Shown: positions 42,743 through 58,178, counted from the first letter of the stretch. The stretch: 64,000 nucleotides of DNA from the human T2T-CHM13v2.0 reference genome, Homo sapiens (GCF_009914755.1 NC_060929.1); one strand, 5' to 3'. Program-made: numbers and translations. Notes: a model not told the origin generated them from the sequence alone.

Positions 42743-44763
42743 AATCTATTTCTATCTTTGGTTTTTATAGATGCAAGAGTTGAGAAGGTTTGTCCATAGT
42801 AATATGTAGTGAGGTTCCTGGGGAGTCAGAGGCTGGCCTTTATTTGAGAAGAGGGTGGGATTACTGTGAGAGGGACATGGAAAAGAGAGTCAGGGAAGGG
42901 CCAGTAGACATTGGCCAAGTGAGTGTCTTGAAACTGATTGGCAGGACCCCTCACCCCTGGGACACACCATCTCAGCCTGAAAGCCACTGATCTACAATGT
43001 AAAGGGTACAATTCCTATCTCTAACCCTGTGAAACCATCCTGAACAGAGTTTGCAGTACTGCTGCCTTCTAGGTGTACATTTCTCTCTTCTCCCTCACGA
43101 GGCCTGTAATGAGCTGTGTGCCTCCACATCCTCATCCCTTTGCTCCCTGACAGCTCAACCCCAGGTAAGGGTGCCAAACTGCATGACAATGTGTAACAAA
43201 TGGGAAGGCCTTTTTCAATGAGGCAGAAGGAAAAGAGCTGGGCAACACCGACCTTCAGATCAGGGCATCTTTAACATTGATGTCAATGAATCACAACTGG
43301 GGGGTCTTGCTAATGCAGATTCAGATCAGTAGGTGGGTGGGGGCACAGCTGGGATTCTGCATTTCGAACAGTGAACTCTAAGTTTCAAGGTGATGCAGAG
43401 GCATCTCCTGGGACGCATGCTCGCTGTAGAGAATGGTCTTACATCTGTCTGTGCATTGGTGACTTCTGATGATTGTCCTCCTAATTGGTAAGGAGCACAC
43501 ACAAGGCACCATCCGATTCCTTGATGACAACCACACAGCATGAAGTGCCTATGTCCAGGGTCCACGTTGAGGCATCTCAAGCTAGAGGGTATGCTACAGG
43601 CTGAAGTTAACCAGAGAAGACAGCCGGGATGTGGCTACTGCATTGGGTCAGGTGGAGGTCAAGGGCCAGTGGGAAAGGACAAAGAAGGGTGAGTCAAGCA
43701 AGGGAAAGAATAAAGCTTTCAGCAAGTATAAGTGATTCTGGGATGAACAGTCCAGATCCCCAAAGGCAAAGTGGGACAAAGGCTCAGTGGGAGAAAAAAG
43801 AGAACTTAGGGGGATTTGGCACGGGCTGGAAAAGGGGTAAGCATTGTTTGAAACCTATGAAAGGCAAGTTGAAACTTTTGACTTTTTAAAGGGAATAGTT
43901 CCTGTGAGAAAAATCTAAAAGGTAAATTGTCTTCACAAACTCTATTACAACCTTCTAAAAAGTGAGTGTAAATTTTGTTGATCACATTGTCAACTATATT
44001 AAACACCTGGATTCTCAAATCCAGACTTCTGATCAAATAAACGAAAACTCTAAGACTGTTAAGGTCAAGTGATCCTGGGGCCTTATTATGCCACTGATGT
44101 TATAATTACAAGCAGATTTACAAGGTCAAACAGGAGTAACATCATAACGTCATAGCTTGGTTTCTAACTTCTGCAATAAACTAAATGTGGTTGTTAAGAG
44201 ATGTTTCTGATGATAAAATTGGTGATTCAGACATTAATGCGTGCAGAAATCACCCAGGGATCTTGATAAAATGCAGATTCTGATGTAGTAAATGTGAGGC
44301 AGGGTCTGGGATTCTGCATTTCTAACCAGCACCCAGGTCTTAGAACCTTATTTCAGATAGCAAGGATCCAGAAAAGGTGTTAACAAGTTTAAGTTTTGGT
44401 CAGTCTAGTGTTTGTAATTTTTTAAGTACAATAATATATTTTATGGAAAAATTCAAGATGTGGTAGGCTAGATTTCATTTCTGTGATTTTAAAACCAAAG
44501 GAATAAAATGGAAATGACAGTGATTCTTATTCTGTAGAAACCATTTCATTCCCATAAGTGAGTACGTTCACTTTATCAAAGCGCTAGTGATTTATTACAT
44601 TAGGTTGATTTATACATATGTTTAATGACTTATATGGAAAACTAGAAAAATGACTCTTTTTTCCAAATCTCATTTTCTACATCTTACACAAACCTTTCAA
44701 ATTTAGAGCAGATAAATGTATATGTGTTGAACTGCATGTTAAATTTTAAACACTACACAAAAT

Positions 44764-45080
44764 TCTTTTTTTTTTTTTTTTTCCTCAAGACAGTATCTCA
44801 TTCTGTTGCCCAAGCTGGAGTGCAGTGGTGCCATCACGGCTCACTGCTGCCTTGACCTCCCCAGGTTCAGGTGATCCTCCTACCTCGGCCTCTGGAGTAG
44901 CTGGGACTACAGGTGCTTGCCACCAGACCTTTTTTTTTGTTGTTGTTTTTTGTATTTTTTGTAGAGATGGGGTTTGTCATGTTGCCCAGGCTGGTCTCAA
45001 AATTCCTGGGCTCAAGCAATCTGCCCTTCTTGGCCTACCAAAGTGCTAGGATTTTACAGGCATGAGCCATTGCGTCCAAT
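44764..45080 (-). mobile_element. AluJ
   Basis: Dimer with poly-T head; flanks caaaattc/caaaattc. Confidence 0.9.
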
Positions 45081-45348
45081 CCAAAATTCATCTTCAGAAA
45101 AGATACATCTATATGAGCAGAATGAATGGCCACTTAATATGCCTCCTTCTGGGCTTTCTCTCAGGGGCTACCATACTCCCAACAGCCCCTCTTTGAAGAT
45201 CTACACGTGCAGATTATTGCGAAGTCCCACTTCAGCTGAATGCTATGGGAATTCCCACTGACCCACAGACAGCTCTGCCAAGAGCAGGTGAGCTGTGTCC
45301 AGTGTGTTTCATACTGGACACCCACTCATGGCTCCAGACTGAGCCTCT

Positions 45349-46040
45349 TGTATTAGTTTACTGGGCCTGCCCTGCAAAATATCCCAGATTGGGTGCTTAA
45401 ACAGGAATTTATTTTCTCCCAGTTCTGGAGGCTGGAAGTCCAAGATCCAAGTCCTGGCAGCTTACATGTTTCCTGAGGCCTCTTTCCTTGGCTTGTAGAT
45501 GAACAAATTCCCACTGTCCTCATGAGGTCTTTCTGTATAACCACATCTCTGACACCTCTTCCTCTTCTTATAAGGACACCAGTCCTATTGAATTGGGGCT
45601 CACCCTAATGGCCTCATTTTAAGTTAATCATCCTTCTTTAAAATTTTTTGAGACAGAGTCTTGCTCTGTCACCCAGGCTGGAGTATAGTGGTGCAATCTT
45701 GGCTCACTGCAACCTCTACCTCCTGGGTTCAAGCGATTCTCCTGCCTCAGCCTCTGAGTAGCTGGGACTACAGGCATGCGCCACCACACGCGGCTAATAT
45801 TTATATTTTTAGTAGAGATGGCGTTTCATCATGGTGGCCAGGCTGGTCTCAAACTCCTGACCTCAAGTGATCCCCATCCCTCGGCCTCCCAAAGTGCTGG
45901 GATTATAGGTGGAAGCCACCATGCCTGGCCAAAGTTAATCATCTCTTTAAAGCCTTATCTCCAAATACAGTCACATTCTGAGGTACTGGGGGGTTGGGAT
46001 TTCAACATATACATTTGGGGACAGAATTCAGCCCATAACA
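45349..46040 (-). mobile_element. MLT1 LTR split by an Alu
   Basis: tgtattag...cagcccataaca; TSD cctct on both sides. Confidence 0.85.
45644..45930 (-). mobile_element. AluS nested in MLT1
   Basis: TSD aagttaatcatc. Confidence 0.92.
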
Positions 46041-46665
46041 CCTCTCTTAAGCCAGTCTGAATTCAGAGTGCTACAGTTACCCACACTGGAGAGATGCAGA
46101 TCTCTGCAGAAGTCCTGTGCGATAGCAGCCCAGGAAGTCAGAGATTGGAGACCAGGAGAGAAGAAGGTGGTCAGAGGGAAGCGTCAGGGTGGCAGGGTCA
46201 TGAGTGCAGAGGCAGAGACCCACACTGCCAGGCTCTGCAAAGGGGCTCAGCAAATGCCCGATTCTCAGCGCCATCCCCAAGGCTCCTGCCATGGTCCCAA
46301 AGCAGCTTTGGTATCCAGCACCGTGATCTGTTTTTCAATGAGACTCGTCTGGCTAAGGTTGCTGAAACAGCTTCCTGTCTCTTTCATACCCCTCTGGAAA
46401 CTTACAACAAGCTCCTATTGACTGAGATAACCAGAGCTTATTTCATTCCTTGTAGTCTGTAAGTGATTACTGCAGTGAATGAGCTAATGTAGCATGTTAC
46501 ATACAGGAACTTCAGCAGACAGTATGGGCCTGAATGATACACACATCACATGTGGATGTACATAAAGGTCCTGTTGTACGTTGCCTGTGTTGCCTTGATT
46601 TTTATTAAAGCAATAGTGTAGGATAATCAGACAGAAACTTGTTTCCTTTTTAAACATGAAAATCT

Positions 46666-47277
<612 letters not shown>

Positions 47278-48444
47278 AGAAAGAGTTCAGCTAACTTATA
47301 CAGAGCAAGTCCAGCCTGTGTGTGTCTGTGTGTGAGCCTAAGTGTATGGACACTGTTTAGCAAACACACGCAGTGTTTGAGTTCCTAGAGGCCCATTTTA
47401 CAATATTAGCAATATTGTCTGTTACTTTCAAGCTGATTTATAGTAAATTTAAGTCTGTTAATACTTCAGTCATCTTCAAAACAAAGAACAGCAAATACAT
47501 AGCAAGGCACCCTACAGAAACGTTTCCGTTTATCTAAAAAATCCCATGCTTTGTATTTTCTTCTTTAATGTCGAAAGCACTTTTACTGCAGCATAGATGT
47601 TAATTGCCACTTATCTTAATGAGTTCTTTTCTAATATAACTGAGCCTGGCTTGAAATATAGCAGACTTCTTTGTCAAGAAGAGATAGGGACAAGAGTACT
47701 GTTGGTTCCTGGAAGAAAGGGTATGCTTATTTTTTATCTGCTTTCTTTGTGTTGGTTGAAAGCCTTCTGATTTAGCATTTTTGAGGTATGAGTTACTGCT
47801 TTCCTCCTCAGTATGAGGGGAAATTAACCCCTGTAGAAGTCAGGAAACAGAACTTTGGTTCTAAAGGCAAAAGGCACAGTAGGAACTCCTGAGGTTGTTA
47901 AAATATTAATAGAATTATGTGGTAGCTCATATAATCAGTTACTAAGGGTAATTTTTAATAAAATTTTGGCAGGTCGCTTTCATTTAAATGTGATCTATTT
48001 TTAAGTTTATGTAATTTTAAACATGATTATTTTTTATTTATTTCCTAGTTAACATTCCTACCTCATCTTCCCTATGGAAAAGTTTTCAGGGTCCAGAACA
48101 TACCTGACTATTTGTACTTAGAACATATTTGTTGAGTGAATGAATGAATGAAAATATCTAAAACCCCAAGGCGAGATTTCCCAAATAGCATACACAACTA
48201 TTTTTATTTTATAGAATAATATTATGTCATTTAATTTAAAAGCTACTTTAGTGGGGAGGAGGGATGGGCAGAGATTGGTCAATGAGTACAAAATTACAGA
48301 TAAGAGGAATAGGTTCTGGTGTTCTATTGCACACTGGGGTGGCTACAGTTAACAATATTATATGGTATATTTCAAAATAACTAGAAGATTTTGAATATTT
48401 TCACTACAAAGAAATCATAAGTGCTTGAGGTGATAGGTAAGCTA

Positions 48445-48786
<342 letters not shown>

Positions 48787-48944
48787 CTACATGGTAGTGG
48801 GAGGCACTGTTTTGAAAGGATCAGGATCCATGAGGCCTGGGTGCTGCCTCCCTGGGGATTCATCTCCTGCTCGTCCATGCAGCCTTGGTTTCTGTCTATA
48901 GGAGGCAGTGCCTGGCCAGCCTGTAGTTGTCTCCTTCCTTCTAT

Positions 48945-49715
48945 TTATGATGGTAAAATATACATAACATAAAATTTACAATTTTAACTATTTTTAAGTG
49001 TACAGTTCCATGGCATTAAGTACATTCATACTGTTATACAGCCATCATCACTAACCATCTCCAAAACTTCTTCATCATCCAAATTGAAATTCTATACCCA
49101 TTACACACTTCTCATTTCCCCTTCCCACATCCCCAGGAAACCACTATTCTACTTTTGGTCTCTTAGATTTGACTATTCTAGGTACTTCATGTAATTGGAG
49201 CATACAGTGATATAATTAAACTGTGTCCCCACACAAATCTCATCTTGAATTGTAGCTCCCATAATTCCCACGTGTCATGGGAGGGACGTGGTGGGAGATA
49301 ATTGAATTCCCTATACTGCTCTTGTGGTAGTGAATAAGTCTCATGAGATCTGATGGTTTTATAAGGGGAAACCCCTTTCGTTCATTCTGTCTTACCTGCC
49401 GCCACGTAGGACATGCCTTTCACGTTCTGTCACGATTGTGAGGCCTCCCCAGCCACGTGGAACTGAGTCCATTAAACTTGTTTGTCTTTATAAATCACCC
49501 AGTCCTGGGTATGCCTTTATCAGCAGTGTGAAAATGGACTAATACATATTCATCCTTTTCTATCTACTTTATTTTACTTAGCATGATGTCTTCATGATTC
49601 ATCCCTCTTGTAGTATGTATCAGAATTTCCTCCCTTCTTACAGCTGAATAAAACTCCATCATATGTATACTGTATACTACATTTTGCAATGGACATTTAG
49701 ATTGTTTCAACCTTT
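48945..49715 (-). mobile_element. Old L1M 3' fragment interrupted by a THE1 LTR (49208-49546, + strand)
   Basis: ggtaaaatatacataacataaaattt..aagtgtacagttc is the L1M reverse motif; THE1 body and gactaataca end present. Confidence 0.8.
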
Positions 49716-49734
49716 TGACTTTTTTCTTTTCTAT

Positions 49735-49953
49735 TCTTTTCTTTTTTTTGTTTTTTTGAGGCAGGGTCTCACTCTGTTGCCCAGGCTGGAGTGCAGTGGT
49801 GCAATCACAACTCATTGCTGCCTCGACTTCCTGGGCTCAAATGATCCTCCTGCCTTAGTCTTCAGAGTAGATAGGACCACAGGCATGTGCCACCACACCC
49901 AGCTAATTTTTGTATTATTCTGTAGAGACAGGGTTTTGCCATATTGCCCAGGT
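49735..49953 (-). mobile_element. Truncated AluJ
   Basis: Right arm plus part of the left arm. Confidence 0.85.
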
Positions 49954-52101
49954 TGCTCTTTTTTATTTCGATAAGCAAAGGTAAAGGGAATTCCCCAGAT
50001 GATATTAGAGGGAAAGATGGATAGTTTTGTGAGATGATCAGTCAGATCAGACATAACAAATCATCATCCCACAAACTTAAAGGCTGGAAACAACAATCTT
50101 CATTTATGACACCTCACAGGTTCATAGGAACACCAGATAGGGAAGAGTAGGGATGACCTTCTCTGCTTCACCACGTCTGGGAGCTGACCTGGAAGATCCA
50201 AAGGCTCTACTGACCCTGGCGGATTTGCTTGAAAGGGTTTGCTCACTTGGCAGGCAGGTTGACTCCTCACCATGGGCTGTTTGGACGTCCTTAGGACGTC
50301 AGCCTGGCTCCCTTACCTTCAGAAGCCACACACTGCCACCCCTATGGCATCCTACTGGTCATACGGGCCAGCTCTGCTTCATTTCGGGCGGGAAGACAGA
50401 AAGGTGTGAACCCCAGGAGACCGGGGTCATTGCGGCCATCCTACCACACACTTTATTACTTTAATTCTATGCTGGATGCTAGGTATTGGGAGATTTTTCA
50501 GAAATTATTAAGATTTAAATATTATTGCTACTTTGAAAAACTTGAAAATATTGAGGAGATATTATAATTCTAGTCACTCATTCATTTAGCAAACACATTC
50601 AAAATGGTAAACATAGGTAAGGTAAAGAAGATAAATGGCCAGGATTTCTTTTTCACACTCACTGGGACACAAATTTTGAATGTTTTCACTGCAAAGAAAT
50701 CATACACGTTTGAGGTGATGGATAAGCTAAGTAACCTAATTTAATAATGATGTACTATATATGTATAGAAACATCACACTGTAACCCATAAATATATACA
50801 ACTATTCTATGGCACGTGAGTATCTTAAGGTAATTTTACATTACTCGTTCAGAAAAATAAAGGCTCCATCATTGTGGGTTTCTAAGTCAGTGTTCCAACC
50901 ACCTGTCTGTAAACCAACTTTCATTTTTTTCATAAGGCCTCTTTTATTCAGTTGAAAAGACTACATCCCAGGCTGATTTCATATCTGTCTTTCCAGTATA
51001 TTAGGAAGTGCTGGAGGAAATCCTTTGTCAAGTGAAAGACTGGACGCCCTCTGCCGGCATCTCACCTATCCCTTCATATGTAACTAACTTGTGTCTGAAT
51101 TCCGAAAATGTTGGGAACCACTGGGCTGCATTTCAAAGATGGGGGAGCCACCCTAGGGTCTCACTGTAGCATCCTTCAAGAGCAGATAGATAGGGTAGAT
51201 GGAGGCCCTCACTTTGGGGGTTTCTTGCAAATGTCTCAGTTAACAAACACATTCCAAACTCCTTCATGTGGAGCTTCATCTCTAAAGAGGCCCCCAAACT
51301 AAGGACCCTCCGGTATGGAATTTTAAACAATAAACACATTCAAAGAACAAAGCATATATTGAAGTGTCCCTAGAATACTGAAAAGGTACAATAATGAAAA
51401 AGTGAGGATACTTCTGTCATCTTACTCTTCAATGCACTTTAGTACATAAAGCACTGTGTGTGTCAGAGTATAGCCTGCTGAATTTCCCACTGGTATCTTC
51501 TTCTCTTTCTTACCTTTCCTCCTTTCCTCCTCCTTCTTGTCTTCTTAGTAGAATTAAGTGCCTGCTAAAGCACACTTGGTTCAGCAACCCAGTTATAGTC
51601 GCTGAACATGTTCTTCAGTAGATTCAGTAATTTAAGTTACTAGGATTGTCAAACTTGAAATGCACCATGAGCAATGGGATTTCTGTTTAAAATATATTTT
51701 TTACTATAAAATGCTAATCTTCTCCTTATCAAGGTCGGTATCTCCAAATTAATGAGCACTATTAGCTGCAAAACATCTCAAGAAGCAATGGAAATTAATT
51801 TCCATTAGTTAAACACTGACAGTCAACTACAACCTGCTTTGTAAGACAATAAATATTTTGAATGCTCCATTTTTGTCCTCAAATGTTCAAAGTCAGATGG
51901 TGAAGGAAAATGACTTAGGACATCAAGCCAAATATCAAAACTGGTTTGCACATGAAATAACCAAAGGAGATTTCAGAATTCCACTTGTGGTAGAATAAAT
52001 AAGGACTTTGAGGATGGATTAATTGAGATATGCTAAAAATAAAACACGTTTCCCATAGTAGTACACATTGAAGAATAAGGGAAGGAAGCTCTTTTAGGAA
52101 C

Positions 52102-52759
52102 TGAGGCAGGAGAATAGGGTCTGGCAGCGGGGAACCTAAGGCCAATTCACACTGACTTCCTAGGACTAAATCAAAAGAAAAACCTCAACTTTTCACACCT
52201 AAGTAACAAAAGGACCAGAGCCTACTCCCTTTGCAAATTCCCACTCCCTTTTCTGTGTGCCAGATGGAAAATTGAAAATACCTCTGATTGGTTGCTTTCC
52301 ACAACCAATCAGACTGATTGTGGGCCAAGTCTTTGTTTGCACAGAGGTGTAACTTTGGAAATTCACTTTAGCCTCTGATTGGTTGCTTTCTACAACCAAT
52401 CAGACATTTGCATAGGATGTAACCTTTGTAACTTCAGCCTCTGATTGGTTGCTTTCCACAACCAATCAGAGGCTGAAGTGGAGTGACAAAGGTTACAATC
52501 AGATTTTTGGCCACTATTTCATTTGCATTGGGTGTACACCAAGTGGCTGATGGGAAACCTCTAGAGGGTATTTAACCCCAGAAAATTCTGGAACTGGGCT
52601 CTTGAGCCCCTATGCTCAGCCCTGCTCTCACCCTGTGGAGTTATACTTTCATTTTCAAAAATCTCTGCTTTTGTTGCTTCATTCTTTCCTTGCTTTGTGA
52701 GTTTTGTCCAATTCTTTGTTCAACATGCCAATAACCTGGACGCTCTCCACTGGTTAACA
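52102..52759 (+). mobile_element. MER51 ERV1 solo LTR with repeated CCAAT/ATTGG hairpin units
   Basis: tgaggcaggagaatagggtctgg...ggttaaca; 4-bp TSD gaac; three tctgattggttgctttc.acaaccaatcaga units. Confidence 0.9.
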
Positions 52760-53119
52760 GAACTGGCCAAGGTCTCTGAAAGGCATAGTGTACTTTGAAC
52801 AGAACATGAGTTCGAAAGGTTGAACGTGGGTATGTGGATGCCTATTAAATACATAAACACACAACCAGAATGGGCTTTTCAAAAATTTTATAGCTACTAT
52901 GACTTATCCATACTTCTATAAGGAAAACAAGTCTTGTGTCTAAGTCTGTGAATTTATACTTTTAGTTTTCAACACCCTATCAACACTGATAAATAGAGAA
53001 GACAGAAAATCAACACTTTGTTACTGTGTGCCCTTTGCAGCATTAACAAACATGTGCTTATGCAAGGTTTGTATATCTTATCTTTGGATAAATGCATGCA
53101 GAGCCAATAAACAGATGGA

Positions 53120-53345
53120 TTACATGTATATATAAATACATGTGTTTATACACATGTGTACACATACTACATAGATACATATACACACATTATTTATCAT
53201 CTGTATGCCACATAGACAAATTATGTGTGTATATGTATGTATACAAATAGTATATCTACATATAATTTATGTGTACATACAAATGCTCATATCACACAAA
53301 TACACTCATAATCTATATGGCACAAACACACACACACACACACAT
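53120..53345. repeat. (TA/CA) low-complexity tract
   Basis: Read directly from the sequence. Confidence 0.8.
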
Positions 53346-55437
53346 AACTTTCTTTAATAAAAGTCTAAGGCTGTCAAGATTATCCCTAGAGGAAGACAGT
53401 CCCTGAGGAATGATTGACCCAGTGAGCCAATTTTGTCACCTGAATTTTTTTGGTTTCCCTCTCTCTGGTGAGGGTTCCACAACGTGGGAACCAACTTTGG
53501 GTAGCAGGGGTGCTGTCCTCCATGTTCACAATCTTGTTCAAGACTAGACCCACAAAATCTTCCTTTGATACCTTTTGAAGCACAGAACCTTCTTTGCATT
53601 CCTTCGAAACCACTTCCCAGAACTCTAAAAGATATCAAGCAGGAAATAAATGGGAAGCACACGGATTTTAAATACAATCTGTGCATCCAACTGGAGTGTT
53701 TAGATTTCACAACTTCCTCTCTGGAATTACAAGCCACTCTAATTCTCCATGAGATTCCAGGGAAAGAGGCTCCTTTGTTTTTGGTTCTCAGCTGACTTCC
53801 AAGAGGTGCCATTTTTAATATTCACTCTCCTTTTGTGCTCTTAAACATTCTGACCATTTTTTTCAAATGCAGATGAAGAGAGAGATTTACTTCCCCCACC
53901 TACCAAGGACCTTTCTTCTCATTTGCAGTCTTTGATATCTGTTTCATCACAAAATGGTACAAGGAACAATTCCACCTGCAAGACCCCATTCTCCTTCCAG
54001 TATGAGAATATCTAAATCCCATAGATAACACATGCATATCACACATACATCATATACAATATCATCAGTAAAATGACAGAGATTAACCACGAAAGAGGAA
54101 GTAATACAAATTACTGATAAAGCTATAAACTTAAAACATAATGACAACATTGCGGATAATTATTTGAGAATTCAGTAGATTACTCCTTTAAAGCACTACC
54201 TGCTTTTTTTTAATGTGTTATCACTGTACTTAGCATTATTGGGGACCTTAAAATTCATTAAGTTCTGACTTCTACTGATCCAAGATACCCTTGATACTGG
54301 ACATTATCATCAGATTTAGTGTCTCCAATAAGCTTATTTTGTAAAAATTTCATGCTACTTTAATTATTGCATGGTACTTCTCAGTTGCTTTAAATTAGAG
54401 GAAAGATAATATATCTGTTCCTGGAACAGGGGATATAGTGGACTTCAGGTAGAAAGGTTAAAAAAGAAAGTTCTGGAAAGATGGAATAAGCAAATATGAT
54501 GGATCCACTTGTAATTCATCAGAGACACAAGCTAAGTGACCCAGGACATCTTAGTTCCTGGCTTTTTAATGGAGACCAAATATAAGAAACACAACCACAG
54601 GTAGGGAGTGAACAAGGTGTGTAGCAGGGGTGTTAGGGAGGGTGAACTACACTGAGAAGGAGGCGAACATGTGAAAGTCGCTTTAGCTGCTATATGTTGG
54701 CTCTAGCTAGCTTGGATTTGGCTTTTTGCCCCCAAGTGATGTAGGGAAGCCCAGAATGCCTGGAGCCCACTTTAGAGAACTGGAACGTGGGTCTCACAGA
54801 CCTCTCTGCAGTCCTCGAGGCCCTGGCTAGGAGTGGGGACCCCATGGGTTGTCAGCTCTTGGGCCAAGTATGAGATCCACACTCACCTTCTGAACTTGGG
54901 GTACAGTCTGTTTTACTGATAGCACATGGATTTGGAAGAGAAGAGGCTCGTTCCCTAGAGGAAGGTCTGTATACGAGAGCACAAAACGGATTTCCACCAT
55001 CGCAAAGGATGGGGTATTTGCTAACGAGGAATTAAGTAACTAGTACTTTGGGTAGGACTATGCATCAGGCATGATTGCCTGTCTCTCATTACTCTTGACC
55101 ACATGATATCATGGAGGCCCCTATGCCAGAACCTGCCTTAGTATAAATTAGGTGGGTATATTTAGGTAGCATTAGAAATGAGTTGTTATTTTGGAATGCA
55201 ATTGTTTATTATAAGTACTGAAAAAAATCAATATTACCACAGACAAATACTGTGTGTGAACATTACTTTCTTTTAAACTGATAAAAGAACTCTTGAAAAG
55301 GAAGTTTTATAAAACAAAAAGGTCTTTTTGCCTTGGAGTCTTCTCTCCCTTCTTCCTATCTTCCCTCTTGGCTATGAGGGCTGAGTACACAGTTCCTTCA
55401 TTTTTTAATGAGCTTTCATTAAACAGCCTCATTTTTT

Positions 55438-56484
55438 AAACAGCCTCATTTTTTAATGAGCTTTCAAAGTTGTGTGAGAGGGAAAGGGACATCTACAAAT
55501 GACCATCATGCTATGGGGAAATAAGGCAGATGTGACAAAAGCAGTACCGCGGGAGGAGGTGAGGGCTGGTACATGGTGAGGAACAGATGGTATTGCCACA
55601 GGAAAAACTGAATTTGAAGGGAAATGGTCCTGCTGACACCTTGATTTCAGACTTCCAGCCTCCAGAACTGTGAGATGATAAGTTTCTCCTGGTTTATGCC
55701 ACCCACTTTGTGGTAATCTATTATGGCAGCCACTATGGTCTGAATGTTTGTGACCCCCTAGATTTGTAGGCTGAAACCTAATCACAAATGTGATGCATTA
55801 GGAGGTGGAGATGTTGGGAGGTGACTAGGTTATGGGGGTATAGCTCTCATTGATGGGATTAGTGCCCTTTTAAAAGAGACCCCACTTTGTGAGGACACAG
55901 AGAGAAGGCACCATCTCTGCAGAAAGAGCCCTCACTAGACACACAGTCTGTTGGCACCTTGATCTTGGACTTCCCAGACTCTGGAAGTGTAAGAAATAAA
56001 TTCTTTTCATATCAAGCTACCCAAAGATATTTTTCTTATGGTAGCCCTAATGGGCTAAGACAGCAGCCCTAAGAAATTAATACACTATGGTTATAATTTA
56101 TAAGTTAAACAAATCCACATATTGGAAGTGCAAGCTTTCAAGTTACCACTTTGTCCTGATTTGGGTGGGTGGACAGGGCATTCAGAGACAGCTGCCCTCT
56201 GTAGCCCAATATCCCAACTGAGCCAGGCCTGAGTGTTCCCACTGGCTACCCTCCTCCATTTCCAGACCTCTTTTCTTTTTAACTGTCCTCTTTACCTGGA
56301 AAGCTTTATCTCAGTTCTTCCTGTGGCAATACCATCTGTTCCTCACCATGTACCAGCCCTCACCTCCTCCCGCGGTACCGCTTTTGTCACATCTGCCTTA
56401 TTTCCCCATAGCATGATGGTCATTTGTAGATGTCCCTTTCCCTCTCACACAACTTTGAAAGCTCATTAAAAAATGAGGCTGTTT
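55438..56484. repeat. 174-bp inverted duplication of non-repeat sequence (55438-55611 / 56311-56484), 699-bp spacer
   Basis: Arms are reverse-complementary with 2 mismatches by manual comparison; the ORF track shows the same peptide on opposite strands. Confidence 0.96.
55612..56084 (+). mobile_element. 3' remnant of an MLT1 LTR containing a nested MLT1A-like LTR (55731-56062)
   Basis: ctgctgacaccttgatttcagacttccagcc; nested element with TSD gcagc; the host element ends aattaataca. Confidence 0.82.
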
Positions 56485-56924
56485 TCAGGCTCTTAGATCT
56501 GCAGCACCCACTCTGGAATCTTCCATGGAAAAGCCATCTAGAAGATGGTAATGCCTTCAGATGGATTCAGAGGGAGAGGTCCTGAGGAGTGAGGGCTGCA
56601 GGCTCCATCCTGGGGCCAGGATGTACCTGGATACAACCTCGCTGAGGACACATATGTCTGATTTTCCCATTTCAAAGGATGTGGAGCAGTGTTTATAATT
56701 ATACTGGATAACAAAATTGGGACCCAAAAAAGATTTCTATAGTATCAAATAATGGAATCACTCTACAAGAAGTGAATGTAAAGTTCTTCATTTATGTTAA
56801 AAAGAAAATTCCAGATAAGATCAGTGATTCATAGTTTTGCAGAAGTTGCCTGTGAAAAGACTTGGCATTTTGTTTGATTCTACAGCTCAAATAGGTATGA
56901 ATGTCCATTACAATTAGAAACACG

Positions 56925-57075
56925 AGACTGAAAGTCAGATTTGGGTTCTGTTTCCACCTCTCTGAGCCTCAGTTTCCCCACATGTAAAATAGGTATTATA
57001 AAAAGTCATGTGATAGAGATTTTGGGATGATTAAATTAGATAACGAATATAAAATATTCAACACTGAGCATGGAA
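56925..57075 (+). mobile_element. MIR
   Basis: cctctctgagcctcagtttccccacatgtaaaatagg core. Confidence 0.75.
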
Positions 57076-57877
57076 CTTAATAATTAACTTTCATCATCAT
57101 TGTTATCATCAACACTGTTATAAACATTGTTGTCATCTTACTGTCAAGAAACCCTAAAGTGAACCCAGGTTTGCCCAAAGTAACACTTATTCTCTTTCTA
57201 TACTTGCTGGTGATGTGTGAAGCATAATTTGGAGGGACATCAGCCACTGTTGGGCCCAGAAGTGACAGCTCATGGAACAATGGCAGCTAGCACAGGGGCA
57301 GGAGCCTTGGGCCTGGGAGTGAGGTGCAGGAACTGTCTCCCAAGGCCACTCTTTGAAAAAGGGATAGGTGTATTCTCAAACGATTTCAAAGGTCAGAAAC
57401 AAGATCAGTGAAGGAACTTACAAAAGATGCAGATTTCTGTATCAATATAAACTAGTGCATAAGGCTTGGATTACTCAAAGAAAAATAAAATGGTTCAAGA
57501 GATGGTGAGGGGCCTGTTGCTCAAGGCATTCAAGCAGGGGCTGAATGGCAAGGTTTTGGGATTGCTATTAGCTCAACTGATAAACGACCTCCGGCACTCT
57601 TCAAACTCCAGAAGTCTTTAAGTTGTGAATCCAGTATTTCTCCCCTTGGATATTTCCTCAGTTAAATAAATAATTAGTGAGCATTTGAAGTTAAAAGCAA
57701 ATTACCCAGAGATTCATCTCCTGAGAGAATTGGACCCTGAAAAATATGATATGTGGTTTACTGCAAACATTTCAGCCATGTTATTTGAGTTACATGGTAA
57801 CAAGTTACATAATACTGTTTAAACTTTAATATTTAAAAAATATTCTTCAAGTCTTCATCTTTTTAAAAGCATTTTTA

Positions 57878-58178
<301 letters not shown>

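Noticed and set aside
55453-56469. Two ORFs with an identical C-terminal peptide suggesting paralogous small genes
   Set aside because: Explained entirely by the inverted DNA duplication; non-ATG starts and no splice or promoter support.
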